From Blasia pusilla (Eukaryota), in NCBI GenBank assembly GCA_050084515.1, contig CM114271.1:37014001-37078000 (forward strand): a DNA stretch of 64,000 nt, in the 5' to 3' direction. A program made the translations under genes and the position numbers. The stretch's first letter is position 1. The number at the start of each line of letters is the position of its first letter. The notes under the pieces are model-generated. The model was not told where the DNA came from. It searched no databases and saw only the letters and a list, made by a program, of their open reading frames with translations. Shown piece after piece: positions 28,074 through 39,849 of the stretch.

Positions 28074-29584
28074 GAGCCATAATGGCTCCTTCCGTCCTTC
28101 CTTATTCCACGAGTTTGGGGCCATAATGGCTCCTTTCCTTCACTCCTACACCTTCGGAGCTCACCCAACTTCGTCTGCCCAATGTCCTGAATCTCCTCTC
28201 TCCCAATTCCACTTCAAGCACCTCTCTCTCTACCCAACGTCTCTCCACCTAAGTTGGGACGGTCGTGTCCTCTCTCTCTACGCCTTAATGTGGGTGCACC
28301 GCCCTATGCGGAGGACCCCCCTTCTGAACCTAGAGTGCTCGCTCCAGCTCCCGGCTCTTCTTCTCCCGACCTGCGGTTTCTTCTCCGTCTCCTTCAAACC
28401 CACTCCTTCCTTCCCGCGTCCTAGGGCACGACGCCCTATACACGGCTCGCATTACTAGAGCTCCGGGCTCCTTCCACCCTCGCGTGCCCCACTCCAAACT
28501 GGCGCGCTTGTCGCGTTGCACCTCCCAGCTCTACTGCTACCTCCTTGTGACACGGCTCCCTATGGAGTTGTGACCCTGTTTCTTTCCACTCCCATTTCCG
28601 TTGTCAACAAGGCCGTATCCCGGTGCTCGGCCATATCCTTCCCGGATGCGTTTCCTTTCCCACCCTCTCCTTGTGCGAGCCTTTGACCTACCTGCGGTGC
28701 CCAGCTGCTTAGATCTAAACCTCCCACATAACCTGCGTGACCCAACTCTAGTCGTCCTAGGAAGCTATTGCCTAGCCCTTACTAGCCCCCTTCATGGCGG
28801 CTGCTGTTCCCACAACTAATACTGTTCTCTCCCGACACTCACCGCTCACCCATCGATGATAGTCTTCGCGCTACACCTGAGCGCTACTACTGCTACACTC
28901 TGATGCTCTCCCCCATCAACCCTCACTGTCAAGATTCAAGAAAAATGGACAGTGGTTCCGCTCACGGACTCCCAAACATAAAAAAATGCCACCAACAACG
29001 TCAACCAACATCTCATGGACTTCCCAACCGAGGCAATTCGCTTGCCTACATGCAAACAACGAATTTCCACCAGCGCATTGACATCTTTCTCATGTTAAAT
29101 CAAGAGTAGTAAAAACGGCTCACCCGGCCTAAAACTCCACTCATGAATCTACATCGGCATATCGAACCACATCCACCCTCTACTATGAGGGAATCCAGAT
29201 GCTAGCACCCTAACTCCTACACACCCACACACGTCTATGCAAGAGAGGCGCTCCTAAGGCTCAACATGAGAAAGATGGCTTGAGAAAGCCATCCCTGTCA
29301 CTCTTATACCTTTGGGAAGAGCCAAAAAACTCTTCCCCCCAAAATAGCCCTCCCAACGGTAACCTACGTGCACAAGTTACCGGATGACCGTTGACTCGAT
29401 CAACGGGTCAGCTAAAGGACTAAAACAAAAATAGGGAAATCGCCATAAACGAAGTTCCCAACACAACAGACTTGTCGCCAACCTCATTTGACATCTAGGG
29501 ACAAAGTTACACCCAAACTGACCAACTGACTCACTATGCGGTCGACGTGATAGAACTCTACCTACGTCGAAATAAGATGTGACA
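28074..29584 (-). mobile_element. Family-2 element, 5' portion (X repeat 29093-29584 and purine-rich 5' UTR)
   Basis: Starts TGTCACATCTTATTTCG on the - strand, identical to 17750. The flank AACC at 29585-29588 is the reverse complement of GGTT at 18374-18377. Confidence 0.88.
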
Positions 29585-30000
29585 AACCGTATCTCGTCTT
29601 GCATATGATCTTTTCCACACCAGCCTCCACTATCCGAATTCGGTGATAGCTTGAGTTAAAGTCAATCCTTTTGAAATACTTAACATTTGACGATCTATCA
29701 AAGAGATCATCCATCCTTGGAAGAGGGTAATTATTATTTGAATTCATAGTCTCTCTATTGTGTGCCCAATAGTAAGTACATGGTCTCGACTTTCCATCCT
29801 TCTTCTTCACAAAGAGAATGGGCACTTCATGAGGCGACTTTTTGGTTCAAATATGCCCCCTTTCCAACAACTCACTAAACTGCTTCTTCAACTTCACAAG
29901 CTCAACTCGATTGAATCTATATGAAGCTTTCCTCAAAGATTTCAAATGTGGTTAAGAATCGGGAACTGCCTCACTCTTTTGATCGATTGTTCTATTTAAT
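29585..30000 (-). mobile_element. Decayed conventional Gypsy RT relic, 5' part
   Basis: ORF 29562-29825 reads PILFVKKKDG..YPLPRMDDLFD..KIICKTRYG. It is interrupted exactly where 18374 resumes (SFEFVVM). Confidence 0.85.
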
Positions 30001-33000
30001 GGTAGTTGGTTGAGGATCTCATTACCTTATTAATCAAATACCTACTTCAAATACCTAGTGAGGACACATAGTAAAGCCATGTTTTGTGACGTATAGATCT
30101 CGTTTACAACACTTCATTTTAGAAAGTATTGATATGATCCCGGATGACTATTTGAATTTTATGTCAAGTTTTGTTTCCATGCGAAAAAGTGAGTAAGTAG
30201 ATAAATAAATAAATATACTACTTATAGATTTTTTTAATACCTTCGAACATTACATAAAAACTATGAGGTGCCTCTTAAGTAGTAAATCTAGGACATAGAC
30301 TTACGGCCTTTACAAGTGATACATCATCGTGCGTTTCTCTCGTTTGGGTTTGTTGCCATGTCCTATTTAACTATTGGTTCCCTCGTGTTAACTATTGTAT
30401 TATTGCTTTGTTACAACTTCGCCTCAACCGCACACTATTCACATCCGTCCGAGCGTTCCGTCCATTCCTCAGCGGGTTTTGGGTGGGGACGGACAGCGGA
30501 CCTCCAAAGGTGGCTAGCGGAGATAGAAAGAATGTTGTTAAAGGGTGAAGGATTCGTCGACGGTAAGAGCGGCCGGGAACTTACTCGACGGTGGCAAGTG
30601 AAGCCGACTATCCTCTGTCCGGATGCACAACTGTAAGGGGACAAGAAAGATCTTCTTCTAAGTTCGTCTCATCCCCATCCCCATCCATCCGCTCATTCCG
30701 CAACCCGTCAAAAGTCGCTGGACCACTTCACATGCCATCTCGAGCCTTTCAATTCAATCGACCGTATGCCACATCTCCATGAGCCTCGCGCTCATGGCAT
30801 GGCTTTCATGCATGGGGGTTTAGGGCGTACCAATCCATAACCGCGACATATGTTGGGTGCGTGCGTCCACCCCTTTTCCACCGTTTCTGGTCTACGGATT
30901 TTTATGGGGGGCTTTATATTGATATTTTCACTTTATTTTATCTCCTATTATTTATTGTCCACTCGGATGACGAGGCTTTCCACGTGAGGATGGCCGTTAT
31001 TAATGTTACTAATGGTGCCCTTTCCTTAGTCGACCCTCGACTAATCGTCTTTTCATCGTAGACGTTTTTGGGTTTGTACCGTATTTTGGTGTAATTATTT
31101 ACCATACTTAATATTTTGTTGCAAATGGAAATTTATTCCGTGTTGTTGGAATAGATGATTTTCTTAAGATTATATTAATATAATGTTCATGTTATGTTCG
31201 AATGAAAATTACTCGAGAAAGATATTTCTCTTGTTAATTTAAGTTTTGTTATGTTAATTTAACTTGATAGTTTAATTTTGGCCTCCACATGAGAAGAAGC
31301 CAAAATTTTAATTCTTCTGTTAAATTAATTTCGTTTTTGTGTTACTCTTGTCATCACCCGTGATCATAATGTACACTTGTCACCACCCAAGGGAGGGGTT
31401 CTCAGACCCCATCCTCTTTTAAATTTATAGATTAATGTAAACCCGTATGAGTATAAGTTTGTGGTTTTAATTACTTCTCATGATTAATTCTTAACTAAAA
31501 TTTTTAAATAATAATTTTAAAGTATCATTTTAAATTAATTTTGAATAATCTTATTAGCTTAGAAGGTGAGTGATTCTATTGGTGGAAAATTTCAAGAAGA
31601 GAGGTGTTGGAAAAATGAAAGGGCACTCACCAAGAATGTAGCAGATTTGAATTGTAGTCATTGATTAACCAGTATTAGTGCCCAGCTTGCCATCTCTAGT
31701 GTAGCGACATAAAACCATTCACGAATCGAAACGAATCCCAATGTTGGCTTTAGCTTTCACGTATACATAACATTGAGCGGAGAATGCGATGACACATTTG
31801 TGAATTTCTACGTGGTCAGCCTCATTGTTGTCTGCACTCGAGGAAGACATGCCGCCACGGGATTTCAAGTCGAAGTTTAGGCACTTACAGTAGAGGCCGT
31901 AATTACTTATATATTAATCGGAGGATTCATTTATATAAGTGTTTGGCGCTCTTCTCACACATGTTCGTTAAATAATAAATTTTGACGCTGAGCATCCACT
32001 TTAGAAACTAGAAGTTATTAAAAGAGGATCTTACTTAATAGATGACAGGATCCTATGGGGTTTCATTCATCCATGAATAGTCAATTTTGTCTATCCTTAG
32101 TCGTAGGCATAGGAAATATTTTCATCTCCATTCGCTTTGAGATAGTTTTAACCTTATTTCCACTCATCTTCTTAAATCCTTTTTTGTTGGCACACCTCAT
32201 TTTAAAATGAGGTATACCAACAAAAAAAATTGGAATAACCTTTCACCATGACTTCATAATTTGGGAAAGAAAATCTTCATGGATTCATATCGTTAAAAAC
32301 AACATGATCTTAAATTTTCTTATTTCCATGACAACAAGAATTCTCGTGCATTTTTCCCTTATTACATGGTAAGTTTTTAGTATGGTGGACTCTTTAGGAA
32401 AATGAGTCTTGTTTAATTTTAGCTTTAAAAAATAAATTCATTTCATAAAAGATAAGGGATTCCTAACTCGAGATCCCATTATAATTCTTGTTCATTGAAG
32501 AAAATTATTTTCAAGATAAGCATAATTCTTTATTTCAAGTAATGTATAGATAAAACTATTGTTTATTGGCAGTGCTATGAATGCGTGATAGAAATAACTA
32601 AAATTTCCTACTTTCCTCGTCCGTGTTTTCCCTTCTTAACTTAGCTACTCCCTTAACATAAATCCCTTCATTAAATTGATGCGTGTCAATAATAGAGGAT
32701 GCCTCAAAGGACGAGTGTCAACACCAAGAGGAGCAATTTTTCAACCTTGTCCTCTATTATTATCATCCTCTTATTACCTTTCCATAAAATTAATATATAT
32801 TATATCTTACATTTCCTCTTAAAAAATAGATTTACCTATTTATAATAACATTTTCCTCATAAAATAGCTCGTAAAATAGTAGGATAGATTGACTAATTCC
32901 ACTCCTTTAATTGCTAATGTGTAAAACTATAACATCATTAATTAAAAAATTTCAAGAAAATATGCATTATCTCATAATAAAATAATTGGAGACAATACAT

Positions 33001-33104
33001 TAAAAATCTATCTTCTAATAAAATTATATTTATTGCTCGTTTAAATTTTCTAAAATTTGAATTTTCCTTTCATCCATCGCTTTGGGATCTTGCATTTGTT
33101 ATTT

Positions 33105-33861
33105 TGTTGTGCGCATACACATCGTTGTCATCGAATACACACACAAACACACACGATCCCATACTAACTCATGGCATCCATACACAGAGGCGAGAAGTAC
33201 CAAAATATCTCCAATAAAGTAAGATCCAATCTCTCTCACAACACCATAGTTCTCACATGTGTACACTCTCACATGTCTCTCTCAATGTCAAACCAAACCC
33301 ACTCTCCTAATGAGAGGCTTGGGTTACACACACAAGGCAAACAAGACCATAGCTCCGCCGCCTCATGCCAAGAGGTTCAACAAAGAGAGAATGAGCTCTC
33401 AAACTCTCTCTCTTGGAGGTACCCTCCCTTCCCTCTCCCAAGCCCTCTCAACGGTAACCTATGCTTGCAGATCACCTCCTTGGCTCTTGACCTGATGTAA
33501 CGGGTCAAGGGAAACTTCCCAAAGTGGAAAGTCAACTATCCATAACATGGAAACTTACCTGAAATAGTAAGTTTCTCTATATGGCTCCATATGAGCCGAA
33601 ACGAAGGGGAAACCTGCTCTCTCAGGTTTCGCGGGGCCTCAACATGTCATCCTCGACCTCTTGGGCGTGTTCTCCACTACTCGTGCAGACGCTCTGCTAG
33701 ATCCCACCGATCTATCATAACAGTTGTGATAGCTATCGTGCGCATACACATCGCTACACAACATACATTGTTGTTATCGAATACACACACAAACACACAC
33801 GATCCCATGCTAATTCATGGCATCCATACATAGAGGCGAGAAGTACCAAAATATCTCCAAT
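33105..33861 (-). repeat. 3' split repeat block: Y 33734-33861, X 33215-33731, Y 33105-33215
   Basis: GTGCGCATACACATCG...CCAAAATATCTCCAAT occurs twice, flanking a copy of 43595-44112. Confidence 0.93.
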
Positions 33862-34047
33862 CGCCCCCCTAGCTGGTGGTTAGGTCCCTCTAACTCCAGA
33901 TAGCCATCTATCCCTACCTACCACGACATACATCTCTATGACGCTAAGAGCATAAAGCCCGGGTGCTCATGTGGCCCCATTGTTAGTCGCCTTCCTGTCA
34001 TCCATGTCACAGAAAAATTCGGAATCAAAACCTATCTAGTATCTCCT

Positions 34048-35330
34048 CTATGTACATCGGGGACACATCCATCGTCCCCGAGGAACCCTAGTGAGAGGTG
34101 GCGTCAGACATGCCATATGCCAACCTCTCGAACATCCATCACACACTAGCATCGTGGCCGCACCACAAGCAGAACCACACAACATACAACGCAAGCCTGC
34201 AGGAACTACTTCTAAGCTCGGATCTAATGTACCATCAATTTTAGGAAGGTGACATGGCGCACAATTACGCACATGGTCCTTCCATACCATACCATCGCAT
34301 CCCTCCAGCAAGAGAACACCGGATGGCAAAACGTCATGTACTCTCAGAATAGTGTGCCCTACAGTCACATCCAACGTCGTTGGTGCCGTCTGCTGCAAGT
34401 AGACATAATCTCCCTGATGAAACCTCCGGATAGTTGGTCGATAACCACACTCCGAATAGTCGCATACCTCAACGTATCTTGATGCTGTGCAATCGTCAAG
34501 TTCTTGAATGCCATGGGCATCACTCTCCAAAAAAACTCAGCCTTCTGAGAACATGCTCGTATCCATACATCTGGGTCATCAAGGTCCAGCACCTCACTAG
34601 CATCTCGACGAATGGCCACAGGTAAATCTGGCTCTCGGCCATAAAGTAGCAAGTACGGTGAAAAAGACGCTAAGGATGCCTACCTGCTGAATCTGTATCC
34701 CATCGCCAACCATGGCAACTGGAGGTCCCAATCTCCTAGGTGACCTCTCTGCAATCCATACTTGCGTAAACCCCTCTTCACCATCTGCACAACTCTCTCC
34801 GCTAATCCATCCGCCTCAGGATGATCTCGCGAAGTTGTGCGGTGGTCGATCAACGCCTATTCACACAAGGCCTGGAACTCACCGTGAAACTCGGTACTCT
34901 GGTCTGTCAACACCTCAGCCGGTGCGCCATAATGACTCAAGACTCGATCTAGGAAGGCATACGCTACTCCATCACTCGCTTTGTCAGGCAATGCAACCAA
35001 CTCGATCCACTTCGAGAAGTGCTCGACCATCACCAACACATAACGACTGTGACGCTCCGTCAAAGGCAAAGGTCCTGCAAAATCCAAACTCCATCTATAC
35101 CCTAAGCCCATGATCGGTAATGGATGCAACTGTGGAGTTGGAGCATTGAACGATGCTCGGACCCGATCACACACCATGCACCTGGCAACAAACTGATGAA
35201 CGTCAGTCTGCATGCCTCGCCACCAATACTGAATCAGGAGCAAGCTGTACGTCCGCTTCATCCCAAAGTGACCCAACTCCTCATGGGCATGCTACACTAG
35301 TCGTGCTCTCTGCGAAGGATGCGACACTAC
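34048..35330 (-). pseudogene. DDE integrase with C-terminal PHD finger (PHD ~34051-34195)
   Basis: HHCC motif HAHEELGHFG..CMVC, then WSLDFAGP, VLTDQ and GLAERVVQ. C4HC3 PHD CMLCGSACGAATMLVCDGCSRGWHMACLTPPLTRVPRGRWMCPRC. Confidence 0.93.
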
Positions 35331-35699
35331 GCGTACTCTACCATCCTCCCAAACCCTCAAAACACGTGTCCCCTCCCAACGAAACAGTCTGGCTCGATGT
35401 AGGATCCGATCCCGCTCTCTAGCACCCACGGTGCTCATAACGCTGCCAGTACGAAGGTACTCCAAGACTACTCCATCATCATGAATATCTCGGCCACCTG
35501 TCGTCTCCTCATTGGCCTTGGGATCCAAGCATTCTCCACTAGATCTCGCCATCGAAGTCTCCACACTCTGGCTCTCCATAGCCAACATGCCTAAATAGGC
35601 TGACGCGTGCCATCATGGAATTGACTCCTCATCACTCTTTCCATGCCATCGAGCTCCAGTCGCATCTCGCTGACTCGGGCATGGATTACAACTCAACCC

Positions 35700-37050
35700 A
35701 TATGCATCTTGGTTGAGCATCCCAGGTCTATGTACCACCTGAAAATCATACTCCTACAACAACAAAGCCCATCTCGCAAGCTTCCCTGTAAGCTTGTCGG
35801 ACTCCATCAACCACTTCAGTGGTTGATGATCAGTGATGATGGTAAAGGGGTTGCCAAATAAATAACACCTGAAATCCACGACAGCCCATACTGCAGCCAA
35901 GCACTCACCCTCATACGAGCTGTACTTCACCTCTGCGGCGTTGTTCGAGCGGCTAGCGTAAGCCACCACGAACTCTCTACCCTCATCATCATGTTGGGTG
36001 AGCATCGCTCCAAGCCCCAACATGCTCCAATCTGTGTGCAACTGGAAAGGACGCCCCCTTATCGGTCTCCTCAAGATCGGCGCAGACGTCAACTTGTCCT
36101 TGAGCAACTGAAATGCTCGCTCTTGCTCATCCCCCCCAGTGCCACTCGTGATCCACCTTGGTCAGCAAGGTTAGCGGCTTTGCAATCGAACTGAATCCTT
36201 TGACGTATCGCCGATAGAAGTTCACCAATCCCATGAATGCGCGAACACGACTCACATCTATAGGGCGTGGAATGCGTGAGATGGCCTCTACCTTTGTCAG
36301 CTAAACACCAAGGCCCCTTGGATATATCGTATGACCCAAGTACTCAATCTGGTCGTAGAAGAACTTGCACTTGCCTGGATGTAGCTTCAGCCCATGTAAT
36401 TGCAATCGTCGAAACACCTCCTCTAGATGTCGCTCATGCTCCTCAAGAGTGACGCTAAAGACTACGATGTCATCAATATAACACCTAGCAAAATCCAGAC
36501 CAGCCAAGATCCTATCCATGAACCTCTAAAACTCAGCCGGGCCATTCTTTAACCCAAATGGTAAGAACCGCCACTGGTACAAACAATCTTTCCCGTGAGG
36601 ATCGATGCCCCAAAATTCCTTCTTCTGCCTATCCTCCAATCTGATAGGCAGCTGATGGTATCCGGCCCGCAAATCCAATGAACTGAAGACCTTTGCGTGA
36701 CCAATCGCATCAAAGATCTCCTCTTGTTGGTGGGCATGGCATACCTATTGGACTTTGTCTTGCAAAGGCTCGATTGATAGGTCGATAATCCCCACACATC
36801 CGCCTATCCGTCCAGTTGCCATGCACATCCTTCTTGGCGGGCATGTGGTTGAGTGTGAATGCATACTCCCCATCGACATCTCCACTAGTCTGCTCCGACC
36901 AAGTCATGGATCCTACCTCGTATCGAGCCCTCTCCATATCATGATTGTGGCAAAGGGTTTTGAAGATCGACGTATCACTGACAACTCAATGCGGATCCCC
37001 GGTCCCTTCAAAGATACCCAAATCCTCCATGCTAAATGAAGCGGCTACCT
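35700..37050 (-). pseudogene. Ty3/Gypsy-type reverse transcriptase and RNase H
   Basis: RMCGDYR, CYIDDIVVFS, KCKFF..YLGH, LHTDWSMLGLGAML, YEGECLAAVWAV and TDHQPL. Confidence 0.95.
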
Positions 37051-37479
37051 ATAACTCCTGAGGAACTGATGTATCCGGCCCCGCTCTCCTCATGTCAACT
37101 TAGGGACCATATTTGGCTCCCAAGTCTCCATCGTGACTACGGTAAGACTTTCCGACGAGGGTATCGTGGGTTCAAAAACACTCGGCCGCTCTCCTACAGC
37201 CAACTACAAACTTTCATCTCCTCCACGTGCAGTGCTCGGAACCACGCTCGATGTTGTGGCTATCATCTCCTGGCGTACTTGCAAAACATCCCAACAAGTC
37301 CAAGGGTGTCTCTCCCGATCTCCTCTCTGGTGTAGAACTCCTCGGCTCTCGCCCCCAGCCACTACCTCCACCATCTCGGTAGGCATGGGGCTACCAATTG
37401 CAATTTGTATGTGGTAGTGATCTATGTCGCGATCTCATCATAGACTTAGCCCACTCCCAACAAGAGGATCCATGTCGAG

Positions 37480-39424
37480 TATTTCAGGTCCATCGCTCTG
37501 ACCCAAGACATGACGCTTGTCGTTGATACCTCGACATTGCCCTAGCGATCTGCCGTCACTCATGAGGGAAATCCCATCGCTTGCTCTCTCTCGTCGGCGT
37601 TGGGCTCCACCAACCGCTGAACGTGGTCATCCCAAACCAAGCTGGGACTGGCCTCCTTGTATGCATAGGAAGAAGGAAAACTCACAAACATGGGCAAGGC
37701 TACCCGCGGCTTGCCTACCCTGTTGACCACAATCAACGGTGGTCGATCATCGTGCCTCACTACTTGTTATCGACGACATGGATCAAAAATGGAATCCACT
37801 AACAAATGGGAGGGGCCCTTCACTCTCGCATATGCCCTTTGTAACACCGTATGTGTCGCGACCCTCATGACCAAACAAGTGCCAAGCGGAACATCGGAAC
37901 ATTAGCGGGCTCACGCTAAGATGGTTTGCGCGTTGGAGTTGTCTCAAAGAGGAGACAAGAGATGAGACGCGAGCGAGAAGCCGCGTTTCAGATGTGATGG
38001 TCGCGACTCGGAAACCTGGACCAAACGCGGAATGAGACTTGAAAGAAGTCGAGTCTAGGAAGTGGGTTGCCAAAGGAAAGATCCGGACTTGGAACGCCAC
38101 TTGTGTTTGAGAGTTTCCGACTGTATTTATGGCCATAACTTTTAGCGCCAAGATGCATTTTGAGCAAATAAGAGTGCGTTGGAAAGCTTATGGAGAGCCG
38201 GTTCAAACGCACCAAAGATCGCTGCAAACGCATAAGCAGAGACCGAGATACGACCCGAAAACGACTGTAAGTGGAGTCGGGTCGAGGGCCACAATGAAGG
38301 GCCCGAACCTCTTTTCCCAAAGGGGAGGGGTTATTGGAGAACTCCAGAAGTACTAGTAAGGGGGAAGGTCTCCGAGAGTGCTTGGAACCCAAACCCCACT
38401 TTGGGCCATGGGGCGCTCAAGGGCATGGAACGGAACGCGAGTTTGGGCGTTGGGTTGGAGAACCTGCACCAAGTCTATTGAGGCGATTTTAGACATCCCT
38501 CTTGGATTTCACGCCGCGACTCAATTACTTGGGTCTCGGTTCGGAACTCACACGAGGACCGTTGAACAGTTGGGATTGCTAGGCGTGTAAGTGCCGTTTC
38601 AGATCCCTGGACTAACCAGGAAGTCTGTTCCAAGTCTTGAAGGACTTGCCATGTGTTGGGAGCTAGGAATTAAGGAAGGTTGAGCTTGATGAGACGCCGA
38701 GTTGAGGACTCGGTGGGTTGGAACGCCGGTTGGCCAAACCCGACTAACGAGAGTGCGTGTTTGGGTGCAGATCGGCGATGAGTTCGTGACCTACTGAACA
38801 CACGCTTCCGCAACACTAAAGATTGACGTTCAAGGAGAGTAGGGGCGCGACAGTATGGGGCACCAAGTTGGTCCACCATAGACGCGGGCGGTGGGCTCTA
38901 GAACCTACACTCGCCGCATCCAAGAACACTGCTTGGCCGATCTAGGCACGCACCTGATGAGCACTCGTCACCATCCGTGACTTGGAGTCTCCTAAGATTG
39001 GCACATTCTCCGGAATGTAGGCTGGAGATCGAGACTCGTGCTCTTGCAACTGCCGTAAGACCCTCAACATCTCCCAAAACAACAAGGACCGAGTGTCAGC
39101 CAACCCGCTGCCTCGTCTAGCACTCGATTGGCCTTGACATGGCCAACCGGCAATGACCAAATCAATGGTCCCTTCCTGCTCTAAGTCATGCGCCCCCAAC
39201 AACGAAATATCCCTCTGTAGGGAACTCTGGTACCCTGTACCGCGGACGTAGACAATAAGTCGGGAAAACGAGGGGCGAATCGCTGCGCCACATGTCATAG
39301 TGAGACGCGCCTCGCAACATCATCACTCTCCACATACAGGTACTGTTGCACTCGCACTCCTACCTGCAAAACAGCAGCTAACCCGGTGCTAATCCCTCCA
39401 AAGAGATCTAACACTCGAATACCC
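37480..39424 (-). pseudogene. DNMT3-like C5 cytosine methyltransferase domain, interrupted by a solo LTR
   Basis: Motif I IRVLDLFGGISTG (~39385-39424), II YLYVE, III DI, IV IDLVIAGWPCQGQS (~39125-39165), V RSLLFWE, VI ENV (~39003-39011), VIII AHRPRLWWTNL (~38865-38900), IX EREQAMGFP (~37565-37595), X RHVLGQ (~37500). Confidence 0.92.
37854..38852. mobile_element. Solo LTR (999 bp) of an unrelated family inserted in the MTase domain
   Basis: Termini TGTCGCG...CGCGACA with a 5-bp TSD GTATG at 37849-37853 and 38853-38857. No coding motifs recognised inside. Confidence 0.88.
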
Positions 39425-39849
39425 TCCTCTGGGATACACCACAAAATGGGTGTGGTATCCAAGGGTGTCATCGTTGCACTCCCTGCTACCTCGTTTTCTT
39501 CAGACCCATCACGCTCCGGTGCAAACGCCTTGCTCCACACGGTCTGCACGTGCTCATCTGCCAATCGTCGAAGCTCCTTAGTCGAGCCCCACAATGGCAC
39601 CTCTCCTCCACGGAATGATGCGGCTACCATAACACTCCTCTCCATAGAAATGTCAGGAATGGGAGTATCCTCTGCATGGACATGTCCCTCAATCAAATCA
39701 CTAGGCCAAGTGATGGCACTGCTAAATGCTACTAAGGTCGCCACCTCTCTTGGCCGTCGCTCGATCACTGCACCTATGAATCGAATGGGTAATGAGCTAA
39801 GGCGCCCATCACGTGACTGCCATCCTGGTCTGTAGGACGCTGACTCCTC

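Noticed and set aside
30316-30830. 109-aa-scale hydrophobic ORF (30316-30636) and small hairpin CCATGAGC..GCTCATGG (~30777-30798)
   Set aside because: No recognisable homology or splice structure, and the hairpin stem is too short to call a miRNA.
33171-33833. Recurrent short ORFs in X repeats (e.g. QTHSPNERLGLHTQGKQDH)
   Set aside because: The similarity simply reflects the repeated DNA. Starts and stops vary between copies and the ORFs are absent from family 2.
37480-39424. Host DNMT3/DRM gene or bacterial restriction-modification contamination
   Set aside because: It is intronless, embedded at a fixed position in the retroelement pol of several copies, and has unpermuted motif order (unlike DRM). 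There are no bacterial neighbouring genes.
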